Below, piece after piece: positions 25,692 to 32,000 of a stretch of DNA of 32,000 nt. The notes under the pieces were generated by a model. The model was not told the DNA's origin. It ran no database searches and saw only the letters and a list, made by a program, of their open reading frames with translations. The DNA lies in contig OY759724.1 in the NCBI GenBank assembly GCA_963662715.1, positions 3,240,001 to 3,272,000 on the forward strand, given 5' to 3'. The stretch's first letter is position 1. Each line of letters begins with the position of its first letter. This DNA comes from Candidatus Omnitrophota bacterium. GTDB lineage: Bacteria > Omnitrophota > Gorgyraeia > Zapsychrales > JANLHA01. The position numbers and the translations under genes were made by a program.

Positions 25692-26642
25692 CTACCGGAC
25701 TCGTAAACCTTTGTCTTTCAGCCCAAAGACAGATCTTCGCAAAAAGACGTACCAACTCACGAAACAACCCACACATTTTCCCCACCCGCTGATCAGCACA
25801 CAAAACAGTTTGCGGAGACTGGGCTGTTTGATAAAGGCGACAATGCCGGTATTATTGGTAAAAATATAGGCCAGAGTGCGTTTCAGATCATAATTCATGA
25901 ACATCAAGTAAGTTGAATTCCTTGCGATATAATATTGCCTCCGGTAATCAAAAGTATTGCGCTGCACGATGTCCCGCGGGGCCGTGGTGTGGATCACTTT
26001 CATTTTCGGATTAAACAATATTTTATACCCGGCTTTTTTGACCCGGACGGATAAATCTGTTTCTTCCCCGACATTGGATCCCGTATAATTGGGATCAAAC
26101 CCGTTGACCTGTTCAACAGCGTTTTTACGGAAAGACATGTTGCAGCCCCGGATATGGTCGACTTCCACAATTTTTCCCGGATCCCGGTGGAAGTTGCCGA
26201 CCCTGACCCCGTTATAAGTCACTGTTCCTATAGAATTATACTGAATCGCTTCGGCATTTTCGGCATTTTCGTCAACAATAAACCCGCCTACCCCGCCAAC
26301 CTCGGCAGACGAATATCCGTTCACACATTCTCTCAGCCAATGCTCCTGCACAAAACTGTCATCATCGATAAAAGCCAGAATCTCTCCCTGGGCATGCTGT
26401 ATCCCTAAATTTTTTGATTCCGGTCTCCGGCCGGCGCCGTTTTCAAGAAACAGATATTTCACCTGCGGGTAGTCCCGCTCAACAATCTCTCGCGTGGTAT
26501 GGTTCGTTGAAGTGTCGACCAAAATCACTTCAAAAGCCGAATAATCTTGTTGGAATACGTACTGCAGGCATTGGCCGATAATCTGCGACCTGTTACGGGT
26601 CGGAATGATCACGGATACGAACATCTCTTGTTTATTCACCAT
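25692..26642 (-). CDS. family 2 glycosyltransferase
   Basis: VSVIIPTRNRSQII, VILVDTSTN and AFIDDDS (DxD) motifs. Confidence 0.85.
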   Translation of the reverse strand: MVNKQEMFVSVIIPTRNRSQIIGQCLQYVFQQDYSAFEVILVDTSTNHTTREIVERDYPQVKYLFLENGAGRRPESKNLGIQHAQGEILAFIDDDSFVQEHWLRECVNGYSSAEVGGVGGFIVDENAENAEAIQYNSIGTVTYNGVRVGNFHRDPGKIVEVDHIRGCNMSFRKNAVEQVNGFDPNYTGSNVGEETDLSVRVKKAGYKILFNPKMKVIHTTAPRDIVQRNTFDYRRQYYIARNSTYLMFMNYDLKRTLAYIFTNNTGIVAFIKQPSLRKLFCVLISGWGKCVGCFVSWYVFLRRSVFGLKDKGLRVR

Positions 26643-26704
26643 AACTTTCTCGTACCTCTCCGTTATGCCTGCCGGTCCTGATGAAAGAACCGCCAGCCGT
26701 GAAA

Positions 26705-27886
26705 CTAAGGGGTTAATTTCCGATAAATATCATTCAAGTCCTTACTCCTCTGCTTCCAGCTGTATTCAGCTTCAATAAGGGCCCGGGCCTTTTCGGTCAG
26801 GCGTAAACGGGCCGGCGGATCATTGAGGAGTTCAATGACTCTCTGCGCAAAAATCCCGGGCTTGTCCTCCACAACAATATTCTGCCCGCGGGAGACATTG
26901 ATTCCGACAACGCTGTTGGTCGTGGAAACAATCGCGATCCCCATAGACATGGCTTCCAGAATTTTGTTCTTTATGCCGGTGCCGTAGCGCATCGGGCAGA
27001 CGTAAACAGAGGCCTTATAAATATACTCCCGGATGTCATCGACCGTACCGGTGACAACAACGTTCGGGTCGGCCTTAAGCCGCTGAATCTCCTCACAAGG
27101 CCGGGCGCCGACAATATAAAATTTCGCCTCCGGGACAGCCTTACGGATATCCGGGAAAATCGAATGATAAAAATACAGCGCGGCATCCACATTGGGGATG
27201 TAGGACATATTCCCCGTAAAAATCACATTCTTTTCCCGGCCTTCAAAGGGACGATACCCGTAGTAATGCATATCCACGCCGTTACTCATGACCGAAATGT
27301 TCAGCCCCGGGGCGTGTCGCTTTATAACCTCCTTGTCCTTGGGGCTCACAACAACACAATGATCAAATTTCGAATAAATGTCCTTTTCACAGGCCACGGC
27401 TTTAACCCATTGGATGAAATATTTCACTTTGTCCAGGAAAGCGTCCCGGCTGATCAACAACTGCCAGGCCCGGGCAGAAGGCGAATCATGCGGACAGATG
27501 ATTTTGGGGATATCCGCACTCCGGTAAACATATTGGCCGATACTGGCGCCCTCAACATGAACCAGGTCAAAACTCTCTTTTTCAAGCCACTGCCTGATCT
27601 TGCCAGCCATCTCTTCGTTCCAGGCATATTTCAAAAATAAATTCCGCAAGGATTCCCTCTTCGTTTTAGGATATTCAAAAAAGACCGTGTCCACAACTTT
27701 ACAATATTTTGAAATAGAACCGATAAAGTTCAACTCGTTTTTATCAACATAAAATGACAGCAAATAAATATCATGTTCCCTGGACAGTTCCTGGATCAGG
27801 TTATACGGGATAAGGCGGAACCCGTCATGGCACGGGAAAAAAGGCAAGTGTTCGGTTATAAATAAAATTTTCATGTTTTTGGACAT
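26705..27886 (-). CDS. family 4 glycosyltransferase (third PEP-CTERM/EpsH1-associated type paralog)
   Basis: MKILFITEHLPFFPCHDGFRLIPYNLIQELS... and CPMRYGTGIKNKILEAMSMGIAIVSTT. Confidence 0.8.
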   Translation of the reverse strand: MSKNMKILFITEHLPFFPCHDGFRLIPYNLIQELSREHDIYLLSFYVDKNELNFIGSISKYCKVVDTVFFEYPKTKRESLRNLFLKYAWNEEMAGKIRQWLEKESFDLVHVEGASIGQYVYRSADIPKIICPHDSPSARAWQLLISRDAFLDKVKYFIQWVKAVACEKDIYSKFDHCVVVSPKDKEVIKRHAPGLNISVMSNGVDMHYYGYRPFEGREKNVIFTGNMSYIPNVDAALYFYHSIFPDIRKAVPEAKFYIVGARPCEEIQRLKADPNVVVTGTVDDIREYIYKASVYVCPMRYGTGIKNKILEAMSMGIAIVSTTNSVVGINVSRGQNIVVEDKPGIFAQRVIELLNDPPARLRLTEKARALIEAEYSWKQRSKDLNDIYRKLTP

Positions 27887-27893
27887 CCTTTAC

Positions 27894-29477
27894 TCAGGCG
27901 TTCCGCCTTTTACGGTGACCCCATATCATAATCTTCTGCAGAGGCACGGCCTGCAGCAGATACGCCCTTTCCTGTTTATCAAATAAAACAGGGATGGCCA
28001 GACAGGCATAACATACCGTGCTTATGATCCCGCAGACAACAACATTAAAGTAACTGGGGGCCACGATAAATTTAAAAAGCTGCCGGACGAAAAACAGGTA
28101 TCCGGCGGTTAACAGGAAACACGGTGCCGCAACCTGCAGGTAATATTTTTTATGATCAAACTGGATAACATGGCAGATATAAACCGGCATGACGAACAAA
28201 CCCAAAAAGACCGAGGGAATGGCCGTCCCCAGGGCCACGCCCTTCAGCCCCATAAAACGGACCAGAATGATGCTTAATGTCAAGTTCGTAAGGGAGCCGA
28301 ACAAACTCACCAATGAAGGAAATTTATGCCGGGAAATCCCGTAAACGAGATTAATCCCGGTGACGTTCGTTAAAGAAAGCGCAGAGCTGACCACCAAAAT
28401 CACCAACAAAGGATAGGCGGCGATATACTCCGGGCCGACCCAGCGCAGGATAAACGGTTTTCCCAGAAGAATAATATTGCCGCCGATAATCAGGGAAAAA
28501 CACCAGGCAAGCTTGGAGACAAAAACATATTTTTCACGTATCGCGCCGAAATTGCCCACAGCTTCATACTGGCTGAATATCGGGGTCATCAGCCCCGTGG
28601 AGGACCATACCAACTGCGAAAAATATTTTGCCAGGCGCGCCGCGATGGAATAGACCGTTACAAACCCCACTCCCAGGAATCCGGCAATGACAAAATTATC
28701 GATGTCATTTCCGATCCTGGACGAAACCTGGCCGAGAAAAGAATAAATACTGTAGCCGAAGAATATCTTTAATTTTTTCCGGTTAAAATATTTAAAGGAA
28801 AATTTCATATACTTCGCAACAGCCTTTGTAAAGATAATCGTGATGATATGGCAGAAAACATTCACGGACAGCATAATGACGGCAATGGCGATGAGTCCAT
28901 ACCCTTTTTTCAGGAATAAAATGATCAGGCCGGTGCGTAAAAGCAGGTTCAGCAGGTCGACTCCGACATTAATATCGTACCGGAGGTGCGACTCCAGAAC
29001 CCCGTAAAATGTCCGGATCACAAACATTAAAGAAACGCTGACCCCGGTAATAAGCAAAAAGTTGCGGAATAAAAAGGCCTCGGCCGGATCGGGGATAAAA
29101 TACCGGGAAAAGAAAGCGACAATAACGGTGATACCAAAAGCCGCTAAACCGATAATGGAAAAAACCAGCAGCGCCGTATTAATGACCTGATTGCCTTCCT
29201 CATAATTTTTCAGTCCGAGTTCCTTGGACAAGAACCTCCGGACAGCTGCCGTTAGCCCCAAATCGAGCAAATCATAAAATCCGAAGACAGACCCGACCAG
29301 CATCCACATCCCGTAAACTCTGTCTCCCAGGGACTTGATGAGAAAAGGCGTCATAAAAAGCGCAACGATACAGATCGAGAACAGATTTGCGGCCCGGAGG
29401 ACGGATCCCAGGACAAGTAACGTCCCCTTTGTGTTTCCTGATTTGTTCACGCTTATTCCCTTCTTAAGGCTCCTCAC
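27894..29477 (-). CDS. wzx: Wzx-type oligosaccharide flippase (MOP superfamily polysaccharide biosynthesis protein)
   Basis: 527 aa, about 12-14 TM helices, typical Wzx composition. The track start is GTG 29477, overlapping the upstream gene by 14 nt. An alternative GTG at 29450 has an AGGGA SD. Confidence 0.8.
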   Translation of the reverse strand: MRSLKKGISVNKSGNTKGTLLVLGSVLRAANLFSICIVALFMTPFLIKSLGDRVYGMWMLVGSVFGFYDLLDLGLTAAVRRFLSKELGLKNYEEGNQVINTALLVFSIIGLAAFGITVIVAFFSRYFIPDPAEAFLFRNFLLITGVSVSLMFVIRTFYGVLESHLRYDINVGVDLLNLLLRTGLIILFLKKGYGLIAIAVIMLSVNVFCHIITIIFTKAVAKYMKFSFKYFNRKKLKIFFGYSIYSFLGQVSSRIGNDIDNFVIAGFLGVGFVTVYSIAARLAKYFSQLVWSSTGLMTPIFSQYEAVGNFGAIREKYVFVSKLAWCFSLIIGGNIILLGKPFILRWVGPEYIAAYPLLVILVVSSALSLTNVTGINLVYGISRHKFPSLVSLFGSLTNLTLSIILVRFMGLKGVALGTAIPSVFLGLFVMPVYICHVIQFDHKKYYLQVAAPCFLLTAGYLFFVRQLFKFIVAPSYFNVVVCGIISTVCYACLAIPVLFDKQERAYLLQAVPLQKIMIWGHRKRRNA

Positions 29478-30297
29478 GCAGAAGGCCTAATGAGCATCGG
29501 ATCTTATAAACAGCCTTTTTGGAATACTTATACACAAAAAAACACAATTTATCTTTTATGCTGAGCGGGGCATAATGTTTGTCCCGGATTCTTTGAGTAT
29601 TACGGGCCACGCCTCCTTTGGCCATGCTCTGCCCCGTAATGCTGTTTTCGTGTAAGCGATAGTTCCCCAATGTTCGGTTTATATATTTTACGTGGGCAAC
29701 CTGTACCGCCCGTATGAGAAAATCAAGATCCATGGCATATTTCTCACAAATATCATAATTGCCGATCAGAGCATGCAAAGACTTGTGATAAAAATAGGCT
29801 GACGGGTTCACCGGGTGCGGCGCGCCGGATAAAAGGTCAAAAAGCGTCAGTTTCCTGGGACGGTTGACATAAAGGACATCATCATTCTGATCCAGGACAT
29901 TGCAGTTCCCGATCAGCAAGGCCGGTTCGGGAAGACTGTCCAACAGAGCAATAACCTCATTCAAAACATGCGGTTCATAAAAATCATCACAGCCCAGAAT
30001 GGTCACATACCGCCCCTGCGCCAGGTCCAGCCCTTTGTTCAATGCCTCTGACAACCCCTCGTCAGGATCAGCAATGAAACGGACATGGGGATAATCCTTG
30101 GCATATTGTCCGGCGATCGTTCCCGTGGCATCCGTGGACCCGCCGTCAATAATAATATGCTCCAGGTTGGCGCATTCCTGCTGAATAACGCTGGCAAGAC
30201 ATCCTTTAATAAAACGTTCGCCGTTACGGACAGGCGTGATAATGGACAATTTAACCGCCGGTTCATTCATGTGATTCTTTAAGATCCTCCTCCGCAA
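29464..30297 (-). CDS. family 2 glycosyltransferase
   Basis: LSIITPVRNGERFI, IIIDGGSTDAT and LGCDDFY motifs. The track start 30297 is TTG; an ATG lies at 30270. Confidence 0.85.
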   Translation of the reverse strand: MRRRILKNHMNEPAVKLSIITPVRNGERFIKGCLASVIQQECANLEHIIIDGGSTDATGTIAGQYAKDYPHVRFIADPDEGLSEALNKGLDLAQGRYVTILGCDDFYEPHVLNEVIALLDSLPEPALLIGNCNVLDQNDDVLYVNRPRKLTLFDLLSGAPHPVNPSAYFYHKSLHALIGNYDICEKYAMDLDFLIRAVQVAHVKYINRTLGNYRLHENSITGQSMAKGGVARNTQRIRDKHYAPLSIKDKLCFFVYKYSKKAVYKIRCSLGLLREEP

Positions 30298-30314
30298 AAC
30301 ATTTTAAAATATTC

Positions 30315-31523
30315 CTATTTCATCAAATGGCATGTTCTTCTGACTTCATCCCTGTATTTCTCGGCCTGCATCAGCAAAACATTCTTCAAACACCTCTTAT
30401 CCTGCATCAATAATTCCAATTTCCCGGACAACTTATTTTCAAAAAGGCCTTCAATCGGCAGGACATAGTCTGTGTGCCCGTAAAAATCCCGAAAAATCCC
30501 TTCGGCTTTCCGGCTGTACTTAATGACAATGGCCGGAATGCCTTGAGACAAGGCGGCAATAGTCGCATGCGTCCGGCAGCCGATAAAATAGTCGCATTGA
30601 CCGATGATATATTTATATTCGTTTGCACTTAAATCCGGAGGGATCAGCGTCAGCCTGGACTCACAATCAGGGTCCTCATTAAGCCGCTCCTGAATCAGTT
30701 TCGACAGGTCATAATCATTGTTGCGGTTTTCAGGGACCGCGACATGGGGAACCAGCACAATTTGACAATCATATTTCTGGACCATATCATGAATGGCACG
30801 GGTCCAGGCCGAGACATATTGTGCTTTGTCAAGTTTCATATATCCGATTAACCCTCCGCTTAAAGACATCCCGATCGATACCCGGTTCTGTTTCAGAGGC
30901 ACATCTTTTCGGGGTTGACACGGCTTAAGCAAAAAGGCCGGGTCAGGCGCATAGCCGCAGGGGATACTCTCGTCAAGAGACCGGACATAATAAAAGGTTG
31001 CTTTCTCCCGGCACGTTACAAAACGGGCTTTCAGCAAGGCCGCTTTCAGCCGTTTCTCGTTCTGGGCAGAGAGAGTATCAATAGAACAACCTAATAAGAA
31101 AAGACGGTCATTATACCGGGTAGCAATTTCAAGCTGGGTCACCCATTTATTAAAACTGATCTGACCATAGCATTCCGTAAGCTGGTCACGGCCGCTCATG
31201 ACGATAAAGTCGGCGGATTCTAAATTCTTCCGAAAAGATTGCGTTAAAGCAAAAGTCATATTCCCGTCCAAAGAAAGACTGGGCCGCAGCGTTCTTAATA
31301 TTTTATTCCTGATACGCTGACAACAACCGGCCTTATAATAATTCAGCAGCCTGACGTGTTTTGTGTCCACTCTCTCAGGGATATATTTTCTGTCATACTT
31401 TAAATCTTCGGTGATAACCTCTATCTCGGCTCCCTGGGGCATCAGGTCAATTAAAACTTTAAGGATGGCTTCGTCTCCCTTGTTGCGACAATTGATATGA
31501 CCGAGTATAAGAACTTTAAGCAT
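30315..31523 (-). CDS. polysaccharide pyruvyl transferase family protein (CsaB/WcaK-like)
   Basis: N-terminal LILGHINCRNKGDEAIL (GxxNxGDxxI-type motif) and a later GCRTHATI motif. Size and context fit PS_pyruv_trans. Confidence 0.7.
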   Translation of the reverse strand: MLKVLILGHINCRNKGDEAILKVLIDLMPQGAEIEVITEDLKYDRKYIPERVDTKHVRLLNYYKAGCCQRIRNKILRTLRPSLSLDGNMTFALTQSFRKNLESADFIVMSGRDQLTECYGQISFNKWVTQLEIATRYNDRLFLLGCSIDTLSAQNEKRLKAALLKARFVTCREKATFYYVRSLDESIPCGYAPDPAFLLKPCQPRKDVPLKQNRVSIGMSLSGGLIGYMKLDKAQYVSAWTRAIHDMVQKYDCQIVLVPHVAVPENRNNDYDLSKLIQERLNEDPDCESRLTLIPPDLSANEYKYIIGQCDYFIGCRTHATIAALSQGIPAIVIKYSRKAEGIFRDFYGHTDYVLPIEGLFENKLSGKLELLMQDKRCLKNVLLMQAEKYRDEVRRTCHLMK

Positions 31524-31532
31524 AAGTCATCG

Positions 31533-32000
31533 TCAATCCTGGTTATGAATAAAGATATCTTTGCTCTTACGGTACAACCGGTAAAGCCCCGGGGCAAATT
31601 TCCTCACAAAAAGTGACAGTTCATCTTTTAATGCCGTTAGATGATAGCAGATCAGGATTTTTCTTTTTAATCTCAACAGATACGGTTCCTGAATCAGGCT
31701 AAAAAGATGCATCCATTCTTTCAGTCCCGACTGCAGCATTTCCTGTACCGTCAATTTAATCAAAAGCCTTTCGTTCTTTATGATCTCCTGTTCGTCGAGT
31801 TCCAGGACACTTAAGTCCAGACCGTTATTTTTAAAAATAAAATAATTCCGGTAACACTTCTCACAGCGGCAACACCAGCGTTTCTCTGTGCGGAAATGAC
31901 ACGAATTCTGATGTCTGGCGAGGCTGGGATATTTAAGGTGCAGAGTCGCAACAACGTCATATTTCGGCAGTTCACTGAGCCTCGATTCAAAAAGAACACC
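31533..32000 (-). CDS. hypothetical protein, C-terminal 155 aa only (5' end beyond window), Cys-rich motif
   Basis: My manual translation of the minus strand in the frame of track ORF 31533-31763 finds no stop up to nt 32000 (GVLFESRLSELPKYDVVATLHLKYPSLARHQNSCHFRTEKRWCCRCEKCYRNYFIFKNNGLDLSVLELDEQEIIKNERLLIKLTVQEM...). The track entry is therefore a truncated view starting at an internal TTG. Confidence 0.5.
   Translation of the reverse strand, partial: GVLFESRLSELPKYDVVATLHLKYPSLARHQNSCHFRTEKRWCCRCEKCYRNYFIFKNNGLDLSVLELDEQEIIKNERLLIKLTVQEMLQSGLKEWMHLFSLIQEPYLLRLKRKILICYHLTALKDELSLFVRKFAPGLYRLYRKSKDIFIHNQD

Noticed and set aside
31811-31999. 62-aa minus-strand ORF at the right edge
   Set aside because: It overlaps, in another frame, the continuous ORF that runs 31533 to beyond 32000 and reads through without stops.
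1-32000. Search for mobile elements, CRISPR arrays, and tRNA/rRNA genes
   Set aside because: No transposase- or integrase-like ORFs, no regularly spaced direct repeats, and no tRNA- or rRNA-like sequences were recognised. The only long DNA repeat is the 150-nt paralog tract reported above.

Overview
No rRNA, tRNA, CRISPR array, transposase or integrase was recognised in this window. All family names below come from motif recognition by eye, not from database searches.

Left part (1-4603, + strand): a tightly coupled operon. It encodes an FtsX-type ABC permease (5' truncated by the window edge), an ABC ATPase, a signal-peptide beta-barrel-like outer-membrane protein, a PaaK/F390-synthetase-like adenylate-forming enzyme and a ThiF/E1-like adenylyltransferase. 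A convergent amidohydrolase gene follows on the minus strand.

Right part (about 5.8 kb to the right edge, all minus strand): one roughly 26-kb Wzx/Wzy-type exopolysaccharide (EPS) locus of the PEP-CTERM/exosortase kind. Reading 5' to 3' on the minus strand it contains:
- a Cys-rich partial ORF, a pyruvyl transferase, a GT2 and a Wzx flippase;
- GT4, GT2, GT4;
- a Pol-beta-type nucleotidyltransferase-like protein and an alkaline-phosphatase-superfamily protein;
- a GT4 and a Wzy/O-antigen-ligase-like protein, then another GT4;
- a secreted glycoside-hydrolase-like protein with two CBM-like modules;
- a GT-A-like protein and a GT4;
- two tandem GT-A paralogs, one of them frameshifted;
- a GT2 and a uridine-kinase::SDR-epimerase fusion;
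- the exosortase and EpsI;
- a consensus sigma-54 promoter, the priming phosphoglycosyltransferase, and an acidic PEP-CTERM cargo protein closed by stacked terminators.

Most notable observations:
1. The priming sugar transferase carries a signal peptide plus a full PEP-CTERM-like sorting motif in front of its catalytic domain.
2. A perfect TGGCACG-N4-TTGCT sigma-54 promoter lies directly upstream of that gene.
3. A 138-nt perfectly identical tract is shared by two otherwise diverged tandem paralogs, with a 1-nt frameshift just beyond its end (11 nt inside the full matching segment).
4. The locus contains an in-frame uridine-kinase/epimerase fusion.
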